Assembly (NCBI GenBank): GCA_004431415.1
Contig: QPMI01000239.1
Location: 1 to 64,000 of the forward strand
Direction of reading: 5' to 3'
Origin: Cyanophora paradoxa CCMP329
Lineage: Eukaryota; Plantae; Glaucophyta
DNA: 64,000 bases
This document shows positions 48,766 to 60,788 of this stretch, in pieces. Numbering within the stretch: the stretch's first letter is position 1; each line of letters begins with the position of its first letter. Below the pieces are notes generated by a model. The model was given only the letters and a program-made list of their open reading frames with translations, had not been told where the DNA came from and did not search any database. A program made the position numbers and the translations under genes.

Positions 48766-51151
48766 GCCCGGCTCCGGCCCCGCCCCTGTACTACCACCCA
48801 CACGAATTCACACCGGCCCCTCCGGCCCTCCAGCTTCGAACTCTTCTAAAGTTCTGGGCTGCGTTTATCGGTAGATTCGATAGATGGTCACTCTGTTTAC
48901 GTAGCGTGTTCGTTTCGTTTGTAATACGTTGTACAACCAGCTAGATTTGTCTTTCCAGTTTGTATAGGTATGCTAGCGCTGGCTTTCATGTCCGTTTGAA
49001 ATATGTCAGCTTTAAAGAGCTGGTTCGGATACTCCGGAGGCTCGGTCGCCTGGAGTGTCTAACTATCAGGCGTTGCTGATCATGAAGATCTAGAGCGGCT
49101 AGCGCTGCTGCAAGTAGCCGGGGGCATTTGCCATATGCATGCCCGCCCGGGCCCGCAGCTGCCCCTGAGACTGAACTTTAATTTGTGTTCGTAGATTCGG
49201 TGATTCCTGATTCCTGATTGTGGTGTCATGATCAGTGTCGGACCATGAGGCGTCAGTTTCTTGATTCATTAAAATTACAAGCCGTTGGTCGAGTCCGATG
49301 TCGTCCTAACTAGTACTTGATAAAGGGCCACTGACTTGCTGCGCGCGTCAGTTGGGTCCGGGGAAGGGCATTTAACCTTGGCGAATCCGAAGCTTAAGAT
49401 CTAGATGCAGAGAGCAGGGACTTAAGCTTAAGCTTAAGAAGGCGCCGCGGCGCGCGGTGGCCGGCCCGGCGGGCGAGCTGCCGGGCCGGCTCCGAGGCTG
49501 GCCGGCGCCATGCCAGGCGAGCTGTCCTCGCGATCGAGGCGAGCTGTCCTCTAGATCTATAGAGGCCTAGGTAGGCCTCAGGGCCTAGCTATATAGGGCG
49601 CGGGCCCCGGGGGCGGGGGATGGCTCGCAAATTGAACCTTGTGTACATGTGGACGTGCTCGAGCTCCTGCGCATGCGCATCCCCCACGACCTGCACGAGT
49701 GCACATGTGCTGCGGGTGCGTCACGGCGTGGCGCGGAGGCGCGCGGCGCCGGCTGGCCTAGGCCTAGGGCCGGGGCTGGCCTAGGCCTGGCCTGGGCCTC
49801 CGCGCGATCTGGGCGCGCGCGGGCGCGGGGACGCTGCTCAAGCTCACGCTCCGCTCAGAAAGCGGCCGCGGCCGGAGGGTCCGTAAGGGCGCTTGCGCAG
49901 CGGGCCGCGGGCCAGCTCATGATCAGCGGCTGCAGCGCTAGCATGCATATGCGCAGGCATGCGCATCTCGCGCGCGCGGGGGCTCCGCGTCGCGCGGCGC
50001 GCGCGCCGCGCGGGCGTCGGCTTGTTGCAACCCAGCCAACCCAGCCGGCGGCCGGCTTGCGGCCGGGCGCAACCCAGCCGCTGAGCCACAGCAAACTGCC
50101 GCGCGCGCGAGAGGCGTAGCCATTGTTGAGCCGAGCCGAGCTGCGGCGCCCGGGGAGAAAGCGGCTGGGGGGGACCGTAAAAAGATTTTTGCAGGGTAAG
50201 TTAACGGACTCTCCAATGTGATTGGCTAGCGCGCGCGACGTCCTCCTACGCGACCGCGCTCGCGCCCGGCCTCGCTCTCGCAGTACGGAATGTCGGGCGT
50301 AATGCGCGCAACGACCTCGAATTGGTCTGGCCCGTATATCTGCTCCCTGTGCGTCGCTGGACCCATTCTTGTTCCGGGTGTTGGTGCCCGTTCCTGGATC
50401 ACCATTTGGTCGGACGGGACCGGGAGACACGGTTTCGGGGTCCCCTGGGGATGGGCTTTCAGGGTATACCGCGCGGCCCGGGTTTTGAGGAGGTCGGGGA
50501 ATTGGGATTCGGGGTGGGGTTGGGCCCGAGGGACAGGGACAGGGGAAGTGTTTTACCCTTCCCCAATAATTTAAGCTAGAGTTATATCATACATAGTATG
50601 TCACTCGCAGCCGCTGAGCCTTTTAAGTTCTCTCCCTCCTGGTAATTTAAGCTATAGCTATAGCTAGAGTTTTACGTCACTCCCAGTCGCTGAAACGTCA
50701 GGCTTCAAGGCTTTTGCAACTCCCTGTTTCAAGTTTTACGTAGCCATTTTGTCCATTCAGGCCCGGCGGCCCGGCCCTTAGGGCCTAGCCTGATCATGAG
50801 CCTCGATCGACTCCGAGGCTCCCAGGGCCCACAGGATGCCTCGGACGGTAGACGGTAGCCTGGTAGCCTGGGAGCTGCACGTCCGTGATCCATTAACCGC
50901 ATATAGCTACTCATTGTCGGCCGGCGTACGCGTAGACCACAGATGTGCTGCTACTTAACAGCTAGCGAACGTCGCGTGCAATGCAACAGATATAGAGAAA
51001 ACATACGCAAATAAAAAAGAAAGCATGTAGATTTAAAAGTATGCCTTGGGCCCCGAGGGAGAAGGGGCGCATCATTGCCAAGTTGCCGAAGAATGCTGGG
51101 CGCGCCCCCCGCGAGAGGGTGGGTGCCAGACGAGGGCTAGCCGCCGGCTGC

Positions 51152-53401
51152 CTACTCCTTGCCGGCGCGCTTGCTGCCCTTGCCCTTGCCGTTGCCCTTG
51201 CCGGGCTTGCGGGCGGGGGCGGGGCTGGCGCTCGAGCTCGAGGCGCCCTCCTCCTCCGCCTCCTCCTCCTCGTCCTCGGGCCCGCGGCCGCAGATCCCGC
51301 AGCGCCCTGCCGGCCGCGCCTCCTCCGCCTTCTCCCAGGGCGCCGGACCCTGGTTCTTGCACCGCTCGAACTTGTAGTGGTACACCACGAACCCGCTCTT
51401 GCCCCGGTCCGCATTCACCTGCGCCCCGCGCTCAGCCACGCAGCTGGCGTGCCGGGAGAGGAGGGGGGAGGGGGTCGCGGGCGGGCGCGGGGGGGGGGGG
51501 GAGGGGGGGGAGGGGTGGGGAAAGGGGGTGGGGGGGTTGGGGGGGGGGGGGTTGGGAGGGGGGGGGGGCAGGTTCTTACGCGCCTCGACCACGTGGTAGA
51601 GGCCGTCGTAGCGGTACCCCTCCCTCGGGGCGTAGATGGAAGGCACCTTGAAGCCGCGGATGACGCTGCGGGGGTTACAGCTCAGGCCAGCGCGGCTCGG
51701 AGCGCGCGGACTCATTGAGGCTGGGCTCGGGCGGACCGAATGGGAATCTTTTTATGCATGGAGACAACCAACGCCATGTTCGTCCCCTCGAGCTTCTGGT
51801 CCTTCGACTGCTCCGCCGTTCGCTTGTTCCCGGAGAGATCGCGCCCTCCAGCGCCCGTGTACGTGAAGGTGTACCCCTCGTCCACGTCGTCCTCGTAGCC
51901 GCCGCTGAGCGCTATACTCTGGCAGCCGACCTTGGCCGTGCCGGCGATGCCCCCGACCGGCGGCTGCCGCGCGCCGCGCCAGTCGGGGGGCGGGGGAAGG
52001 AGCGGGGGGCGGGGGGAAGGGCGCGGACCCTGTGGACGCCGTCCTCGGAGGCGTGGATACGGTGCTTCCACCAGTGCCCGATGGGGATGCCCGGCACGTG
52101 CCCGATGTGCGTCGCCGGCACCTGCCCCACGCGTCGGGTGGCGGAGGAAGGACCCGCCGGCCGGGGCGCGCACGGGGGGCTCCTTGCGGCGCCCCGCGTT
52201 GGCCATCCCGGGCTTCTTCTCGCCCCGCGCCACCGGCGCCGCCTTCAGACGCTTGCCGCCCGCCTTCCGCGGCGGGCCCTTCCGCGGCCGCCGCTCCCCG
52301 TCCGCCTCCTCCTCCTCCTCCTCCTCCTCCTCCTCCTCCTCCTCCTCCTCCTCCTCCTCCTCGGGCTCGGAGACGACCGCCTCCTCCTCCTCCTCCTCTT
52401 CCTCGACGGCGTCCTCCGCGTCGCGCGAGGCGTCGTCGCCGTCGAGGGTGTGGCGGTAGAAGCCGTCCTCGCGCTGCCGCCCCGCGCTCGTCACTCGACG
52501 CGGCGCGGCGTCCGCGGCGGGGCGGCGCGCACCTGGGCCGAGGCGCGCGCCGAGCGCGCACGGGCTGCGCCGTCGCCGCCCCGCGACGCGCGCGCTGCGC
52601 CCGGCGTGAGGTCCCGGGAGCGGGGCGCCGGCAGCGGGCGGGGCGGGGGGCACCTTCTGCGGCTTGCGGGCCGGCGCGCGCCCGGCGACGGCGTCGACGG
52701 CGCGGGCGACGGCCTTGGAGCTCTGCGCGGCCCCGGCCCGAGCCGCCGAGTCGGGCGCGGTCGCCGACGAGCAGGGGCGGGCGGGGCGGGGCGCGCGGGG
52801 CGGGGCGGGGCGCACGCGGATGCTCTCGCGGATGTTGGCGGCGCGGATGTCGTCCAGGTCGAAGAGCTCCTCCTCCTCGCCCCCGCGCCCCGCCCTCTCC
52901 TCCCGCTCCTCCTCCTCCTCCTCCTCTTCCTCTTCCGCCACCAGGTCCTCCACCGCCTCATCCTCCTCCTCCTCCGCGCCCCCGGCCGCCGCCGCCCTGC
53001 CCCACGCCCGTGAGCCGCCCGGCAATGGAGGGTCAAGCTCCGGCCGCGAACCTGCGGCCGCGCTTGGCGCGGGTAGCAGGGGCGCGGCGGGTCGCGGTCT
53101 TGGCAGCCGCGCGCTTCGGCTGCGGGCGGCGGGAGCGTCACGGGGCGGCGGCGGGAGCGGGGGGCGGGAGGGCGCTCGCCCGCTCGGCCGGCATGGGCGA
53201 GGCCCCGCGGAGGAGAGCCGCCTGCTCGAGGAGCCTCCTCCTCGCCGTCTCGGGGTCCACGACGTCCTCGGCGCGGATGGGGACGGGCTTCGCCGGCTCC
53301 TCCTCCTCCGCCGCCAGCAGCGCCTGCTGCAGATCCTGGGCCGGCGCAATCCGTCGAGAGCGGGTCTTGTCATTCGCCGGAGTCGGAGCGCGATCGCTCA
53401 T
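51152..53401 (-). CDS. SRA/YDG-domain (methyl-cytosine-binding) protein with acidic low-complexity N-terminus
   Basis: [18 protein letters not shown]|[58 protein letters not shown]|[19 protein letters not shown]. Confidence 0.93.
52305..52360 (-). repeat. (GAG)n microsatellite encoding a poly-Glu tract of about 18 residues in the SRA protein
   Basis: Uninterrupted (CTC)n on the + strand. Confidence 0.9.
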
Positions 53402-54197
53402 CGCCTGTCGTCGGCGCCTGCGTCAGCAGCCGCCTCCAAAAAACGGCGGGAAACTGGGGACCGGCGAGAATGGCCCCGAAGTCGTCGCAGGAGCCCCGGG
53501 CTCCGAATTCGCAGATCTACGTTTTCAGAGTGAGAAACGATCATGGGATTCGGATTTCGGCCCTCGAGCTAGTTCGGACTTCGGAGCGAGGACGGGCCCT
53601 TTCAATACGCCCGCAATCAATACAGATGAACAGGGAGAGAACGCACCGGCGCCCCAGCTTGGCGCCGACTAGCGAAGTCGCATCGCCGTCCAGGAGCTCG
53701 ACGGGCTGCTGGGCGGCGAATCAAATCACGATATATGCAAGCGACTGAACGGCCACGTACCGAGCCGCGTGCCATCGCAGACGAGCCGCGAGCGAGTTCG
53801 ACGGGTACGGTGGAGGGCGGGCAAAGTGGGTCTACCCCAAACTACGCACGGGCGACGTAATATACGTACAGCTCGTGCAGCTTAAGCTTGACCTCGACAG
53901 CTCGCGATCGTTGCTCGGCTCAGGCCCAGTTCTAATCTTATTTCTTCGATCCGACTCGGGGCCTTGCAGCTTCGAGAACGCGGTGCGCTCCGCGCGTGGC
54001 CGTAAAGCTACAGAGCGCAGTAAATAACCTCTAGCGTGGCGCCGTTGAGCACGCGCTCTCCCCAGCTTGCGCGGCCGTTCACGTGCTGAAAGCGAGCGCT
54101 CGTGCACAGGCCCGTGCCTGTCGAACTTTACGAGTCAACCGAGATTCAGACATACAAAGTGTCGTGTGCATCGACCCGCGAGGCTTGCGAGGCTGGG

Positions 54198-55207
54198 ATG
54201 TCGACGCGCTCGGAGGCGCCGGCCGCGGCTCCTAGCCTGGCCGGCGCCGGTTGCAGTGAAAAATGTGCCAGACTGTGCGAGGCGCTCCGGAACGTGTCGT
54301 CGGCCTCGAATAGCCCCGGAGAACGGTATTTCCCGTGGCCACGAGCCGCGCCCCCGCTCGTACTGACAGCTGGCACGCATCGCGCGCGTACGCGTACGCA
54401 GGCTCGGGCTCGGTGACGTCGGGGACGATGCGGCGTCGGATCGCCTGTCCTGCCGCTCGCATTCCTTCTGCTCGGCCGTCGGCGGCGACGTGCCCGTCAT
54501 CGACGTGGAGCAGCTCCCCTCGAACTCGCCCTCGCTCTGCTCGTCCCTTGGGGGGAGCCCGCGGAGCTGCGGCTCGGGCGCGCTCGACTCGCCCCCGCCG
54601 CTCGACGCGAGCACTTCGAGCCGCTTCGCTTCGCTGCGGCCGCCGGTGCGCCGGCGTCTCGGCGCGTGCCTGCGCCGCCGCCGCCGCCGACGACGACGAC
54701 GGCGCGCGCCCGCAGGCCCGGCGCCTCGACGCCGTCCAGGACGAGGAGGTCCCGGAGGACGAGTGGGCCGGCCTCGACGTCCGCCCCCCCGCCTTCCTCC
54801 CGTTTTCCGCGCCGGCGCCGGCGCCCTCACACTTCGGGTCGCGGCAGGGGGCGTGGAGCGTCAAGGCGAGCGTGGGGATGGACGTCGTGCGAGTCGAGCT
54901 GGAGGTCTCCGCGGGGCGCCGCCCGCGCCTGGCGGACGTGGAGGCGGCCGTGCGCGAGGCGGCCGCCTCCTCGCTGGAGGCCGTCGCCCCGCACGGCGCC
55001 TTCCTCCTCTCATTCCCCCTCCTCGGCCCCGGCGAGCGCCGCTTCGCGCGCCTCCAGCGCGACTCGGACGTGCCCCGCTGGCTCCGCTCCGCCCCCGCCG
55101 GCTCCCGCTCCGCGCCCCTCGTCGTCGCCGTCGGCTCCCTCCGGAGCGCCTTCCACTCCGCCCGCCCCGCCCCCGGCCCCCTCGCCCCTTCCCTCCTCGC
55201 CTCCTGA
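54198..55207 (+). CDS. Hypothetical protein with C-terminal PB1-like domain
   Basis: Ser-rich N-terminus. C-terminal SVKASVGMDVVRVELE...LADVEAAVRE...FLLSF...RLQRDSDVPRWL resembles a PB1 fold with the conserved Lys but no clear acidic OPCA motif. Confidence 0.55.
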
Positions 55208-56069
55208 ACTCAGCCTGGCGAGCCTGTTCGTTGGACCCTCGAGCTCCTCTTGCTTCGGGGCCGCCAGGGACGAACTATAGCTAGTTACTCGTTTCGTGTA
55301 GTTGCTACCTAATTTAATTTCGATCTCTCCTCCGCAGCCCTCTGTCGCTTAATGTCCAGTACTAGTCTCGACGTCTCTGCCTTCTTGGAACACCGATCAC
55401 GATGTCGTGATGTACATGTCGATCTCGCGATTCAATGATTCTCGAAGGTCGACGGGGTCGACGTCCGACCGTCGCGGGGGCAGCCACGATTCGATGCTCT
55501 TAGGGATCCGATGATCCCGGAGCGATAAGCAGCGGAGCTCGCTGAAAGGGGGCTGATCGAGGGGTCCCCGGCTAACGAAAGACGAAGGCGGCCGCGGCAG
55601 CAGCATCATGGCATCCGGCTCCGGATCCGTGGCGGCGGTCTCGGCCGGCCTCGGCGACGCCAGGCCCACTGGGGCCCAGGCGGAACAGCGGGGGAGGTTA
55701 TAGGCCCGCGAACGCGCCGGCCACGAGATCGAAAAGCGTCCCGGAATTCATCAAGAACCTGTGTCATTCTTGGAGGAACTCGCATAATCTCAATCAAGCG
55801 GGAACTAGAGCTACATACACGGGCTAATGACTCTGACACTGAAAGTGAATTGAAACGGAAAGGGCTCCTATAGGCTATAGCTGGTAGTACTGTCTGTGAC
55901 TGCAATTTCCCGAAACAGCCGTAATGAAAACAGGTGCGCATGCGCCGGCGCCCTCGGAAGCAGAGGGACCCGCCCACGTGGATATGTACAAGGCGGAGAT
56001 CCCGGCCGCTTCACCTCCTGGCTGCTGAAAGCTGTTCTGCTGAAAGAAAAGCGGGCCGGCTCGCCCCCT

Positions 56070-57789
56070 TCATTGCTTCTTCTCGGGGTCGGACTTGGCG
56101 GCCTGGGGGCGGGGGCGGGTGAGGGGCGGGGCGGGGCTGGGCGGGGGCGGGGCGGCGGGGACCTCCTTCTTGACGAGCATGCCCTTGAGGTTGAGCATCT
56201 TGAGGCCGAGGTACATCAGCATCACCGCGAACACGAACTGCCGCCCCGTCAGCGCCCCGGCGCTCGCCCCGGGGGGCGGGGGCGCGCCTTCATGGTGCGC
56301 TCGGGGAGGCCGCAGGCGAGGAGGGCGCCGGCGCGGGCGCCGACGAGGACGCCGGGGATGAGGCCCGGGATGAGCTCCGTGCGCACGTTGCCCTGCTTGT
56401 AGTGCGTCCAGACCCCCGTGATGGCCGGCAGGATCATCGCCATCAGCGCCGTCCCCTGCGCCATCTGCTGCATGATCCCGCACTGCACCATCATCGGGAT
56501 CGACACTGCCGCCCCGCCCGTCCCCAGCAGCCCTGCCCCGCCCCAGCTCAGCGCCTGCTGAAAGGCCGGCGGCGCGCTCCGGGGGCGCACCGACGATGAG
56601 GCCCGTCATGAGGCCCGTGATCAGCAGGAGACCGGTCGTCTGCCAGTACTGCATCATCATCGGGATCGCGTTCGCTGCGCGAGATCCGTCAGCGCGCGCA
56701 GCAGCAACATACGCTCCGGCGGGCCGCGCACCGAGAGTCGCCGTCGCCAGCGGGCTGACGGGCGTGGCCACGGCGGCGGCACCGGCGCCCATGGCCACCG
56801 CCTTGCGGCCGATGCGGATGGCTGCCCAGACCCACCACAGGCCGAGGAACCTGCAAGCGCCGGTTAACGGCCGCTGGCGCCGCAGGATCAAATCTTCGCT
56901 CACTTCTTGAGGAGGCCGCCATCCATTTTGTTCGCCGCCAGGGCGCCAAAGCGCGCCGAGATGATGGCCGTTACGGTAATGATCAGACCGTAGAGCGGCA
57001 GGAGCATGCCTGCTCGGCCGGTGAGGCCATACTGACGTCATTCAAGCGCAGCGCGCTCCGCACCCTTCTGGTAATACGTGTAGCAGCCAGAGATGCCAGT
57101 GGCGATGACTGCAACGAGCGCGGTGCCGTGGCCCTCGTGCTGGGACAGGCCTTACCGAAGCGACGAGTGCGCGGGAACGCGAGCTGCCAACCTGGGTAAA
57201 CTTGAGCAGGGACGTCACGATGGGAATCAGCACGAAAGCGCCTCCTGTGACAGATTTCAGCGCGAGGGACAAGGGACGCTGGTGGGTGGCGGGCTTGCGA
57301 ACCGAGGCCGATGAGACCGCCGCCGCAGCCGGCAAGGAAGCCGATGACGAGGCCAGCCACCAGCCAGCCGTACTTGTTGGACTACGAAAAGGCGGATGCC
57401 GCGTGAGGGTCGGGGGAGGCGACGAAACTGGCGGCAAGCTGTGAGCTCACATAGATCCAGTCGAGAATCGGGGAGTGGCGCTCGGGGGACGAGGGATGGC
57501 TCATAGCAGCCGCAACGGCCATGTTGGGGTCGATGGGAACCTGCTTGGCAGAGTCCCACGATGGGGCACTGCCGTCCGCCGACGGGCTCTCACACTGGAC
57601 CTGGAATGTGCGGGCAGGTGGCGCGGCGAACGTCCTGGCGTTGAAAACAGGACGGCCGAAGAACTGCCGGCTGATGTCATGGCTCGACTTCGGGGCGGCC
57701 GCACGCTGGGCCGCTCGCGAGATGACGCTATGGAGGATGGCCGGCGTCGGCGTGGCCAACGCCGGGACGGGTGTGACGAAGGCGTTCAT
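56070..57789 (-). CDS. Plastid-targeted sulfite exporter TauE/SafE (TSUP) family membrane protein
   Basis: Transit peptide MNAFVTPVP...QFFG...FQVQC. Two repeats: GLVIGFLAGCGGGLIGLG|GGAFVLIP...HEGHGTAL and GLMTGLI|GLLGTGGAAVSIPMM...QQMAQGTAL. Confidence 0.85.
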
Positions 57790-58256
57790 CGCGCGTTCAG
57801 GCGTTCAAAAAAGACTAGCAGCAGCCAAAGGGGCAAATGCAGTGACGCGGACGGTCCGCGGCGGGGGTACGCCTGAGAAGGCATCGCGAGGGGCGCGCCA
57901 AGTTGCAGTTTGCCTGCAAGAAGAACCTGCAGCTGATATATATATGGGGAACCGCTCGTAAAGCAGCGGCTGCAAGCCCGGCAGCGGCCCCGCGCGTTGG
58001 ACGCGTACGCGTACCGTAGTACGGCGGTTAACGTCACATACTATGATAATAACGTGCGTTAACGTTGGGCCGCCGGGCGCTTGACGTTTCAAGTTCAAAT
58101 TCGTGGACATGGTAAGGTCTTGCGCGTCGACATCGACGTCGCGTCGGCGGCGCATGCGTATGCGCATGGTGCGGCATTGCCAGCTGCGCATGCGCATGCC
58201 ACATAAGCTTAAGCCTAACTATAAGCGGCGGCGGCTTCTGCGAGGGCTGCCTCAGA

Positions 58257-60609
58257 TCAGCTGCAGGCCGCCGGGCGCGGGCGCGGGCGCGGGTGCGTTC
58301 GCGACGACGGGTGGTCCGTTAGGTTCTGTACAGCAATAGACACTGAAAGGGGGGCGAGGCCCGCGAGGGAGGGGGGGGGGGGGGGGGGGGGGGCTACGGG
58401 GAGGGAGAGGGGGCGGACGGAGGCGGGGCTACGGGGGGCGGGCGGGGGCGGGGCGGGGCGGGGCCGGAGCGGGGAGAGGAGTTGGCGGGCGTCAAACTCG
58501 TCGGCCACGAACGCTAGCTCGCCGCGCAGCTGCCCCTCCACCGCCCGCCCCAGCACCTGCCCGCCCCTTCCCTCTCACCGGCCGCCCAGCATTCCAAGGG
58601 CGCGAGGCCCGCCCCGCACCCGGTTGCGGAAGAAGTGGGCGGAGGTCACGAGCGTCGGCTCGAAGCCCCGCATCCACTGCGCCGGCGCGTCACGGGCTCG
58701 GGCCGGGCCCCGGCGCGGGCCAGGGGGGGCCGGCGCGCCTTGAACTCCCCGCCGGCGCCGGGCTCGAAGCGGTGGAGGCGGCGGGCGATGCAGTACTCGA
58801 GCGCGGCGTAGTAGCAGACCTGCGGGCGGGGGCGAGTGAGGCGGGGCGGGGGCGGGGCCGGGGGGCGGGGCCGGGTGCCTCGAAGTGGAGGAAGGGGACG
58901 GGGGCCTCGGCGCCCCAGTAGCGCCCGTAGAAGACGCCGCCGCGCTCCAGGTTCACCGTCGCCGCTATCATGCGCCCGCCCCTGGCCCCCGCCCCGTCAC
59001 CACGAGGAGGGCGGCCGTTTCGAGGCCGGCGCCGGCGCGGGGCCGGCACCGGTAGGCGGCGACGACGACGAGGTCGTCCCGCATGCGCTCCCCCATCAGC
59101 TCGAACCACGCCCTGTTCAGGTACGCCCTGCCGCCCCGTCAGCGGGCCGTCTGGGCGGGCGCCGGGGAGGCGGCGGGGCCGGCGCACCGGCTCGGGTAGG
59201 GCCGCGGGGAAGCCGGCCGCCCATCGCCCTCGCACTCGCCCTCGCCCCACGCCGGCCCCCTCTGACCGAACCGCGTCAGCGCCGGGCGGAGAGCCGGGGT
59301 GTGTGTGTGTGGGTAGTACCCGATGCGAGGCGTAGAGTTCGTAGGCGCGGGAGATTACGCTCGGCGTGAGCTGCCCAGGAATCAGAATGAGAGGGGGGCG
59401 GAGGGGGGGCCCCGGGGGTACGGCACCTGCTCGCCGGTGAGGACGCGGACGGTGATTCCGGCCTCGCGCACGGCGCGGCGCTCCCGGCGGATCTGCAGCC
59501 GCCGCCGGCTCTTCAACGCGCCAAGGTACTCTGCCGGGGGAGGGGGAGAAGGTCAGGGGGTTACGCGTCGCGTCGGGGCCCGGGGTACCTTCAAAGGACG
59601 CAAACTGCGAGGGGCGGAAGTGGTACTGGATTCCGTGGCGCTGGAGAAAACTGCGGGGCGGGGAGGGGGGGGGGGGTCAGCAATGTGGGGCGGCAAGGCG
59701 GGGGGGCAGGGGCGGGGGACCCGAGGGGGGAGAGGAGGGAGGCCTCCTCGGGGGTGCAGAAGGCGAGGTGGACGGAGGAGAGGGCGGAGCTGTGCACGAG
59801 CCGCTTGAGCGTCGCCCCCGCCTCCCGCACCAGCGCCCCCCGCGCCTCCCCCGGCGCCGTCAGCACCCGGCAGCCCGAGACCGGCGAGAAGGGCACGCAG
59901 GCGAGGGCCTTCGGGTAGTACGCCTGCCCCAGCGACGCGGCGAGCTGCGCCCAGCGCTGCGCGGCCGCGCTCAGAGGGGGGCGGGCGGGCGGGGGTGGCG
60001 GGCGAGGGGGGGCACCTCCTGGGGGATGAACTCGCCGAGGGAGTGGGACTTGAGGTAGAGGGGCACGCCGGCGACCATGCGCGGGCCCGCGTGCAGCGTC
60101 AGGTGCATCGGCCGCCACCCCGTCCCCTCCCCCGCCACCCCGCTCTCCTCTGCGCCCCGCCGTCCGACCCCGGTCACCGGCCGCGCGCCGGTCGAGCGAG
60201 CCGCCGCTGAGCAACGCGGACCGAGGGTGCGGAGAAAGCGGTGGTCGACAAAGGGCGTGCAGGCGGCGGCCATGCGGTTCCATGCCGCCTCATCGACCTC
60301 GGACATCGACCCCGCGACGCGCACTTCAAGCGGGACCCACCGCGGCGCTCCAGGTTGCCGCAGAGGCGACGCAGGTTGTCGCTCCACCTCCGCTTCGCCG
60401 TCAAGGTCGCAGCGCGCCGGCTGTCGTTTCGAGCGCGCGGCCCGCGACGCCCGCCGCCGTCGGCAGAGCAGTGAGCGCACTTCACTGTCCGGAATAGCTA
60501 CTCGCTCTCCAAAGAACGATGGCGCCGGGCCAGCTGATCCGCCTATCATGCGCGCCGCACCTCCACGCGCACCGCGCCAGGGCGTGGATGGGGCGGCAAA
60601 GGCCTCCAT
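58257..60609 (-). CDS. Plastid-targeted FemAB-like GNAT protein (DUF482/COG3146 family); exact 3' end uncertain
   Basis: Transit peptide MEAFAAP...SFFG. Family-typical segments AAWN, PFVDHRFLRTL|EESG...GTGWRPMHL, PLYLKSHSLGEF, YYPKALACVPFSPVSG, SSVHL, FYGRYWG, PFLHFE|VCYY. Confidence 0.85.
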
Positions 60610-60788
60610 CGCTAGCGCTGCGCTATTCTCCCCGCTCTTCTGCCGTTCTTGAGCTTCTTGGCGAATTCTTTGTTTTCTTTCAGCAGTACCCGTCGCGTTC
60701 GCCGCAGCCTTTCTTAAGTATGCGCGTGCGTTCGCGCTGCGCAGCAAAGCCCAGCATGCGCAGATCTAGAGCTCGGGTTCGAAAGTTG

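Noticed and set aside
51487-51570. Long poly-G/C tracts (also near 10875, 29095, 58371, 61963) as special G-quadruplex elements
   Set aside because: They are mostly extreme cases of the C-rich intron 5' halves or gene flanks, and homopolymer lengths are unreliable in this assembly.
55690-55875. Possible protein fragment (..VILGGTRIISIKRELE..) in an AT-richer island
   Set aside because: Too short and weak to assign, with no coherent gene model.
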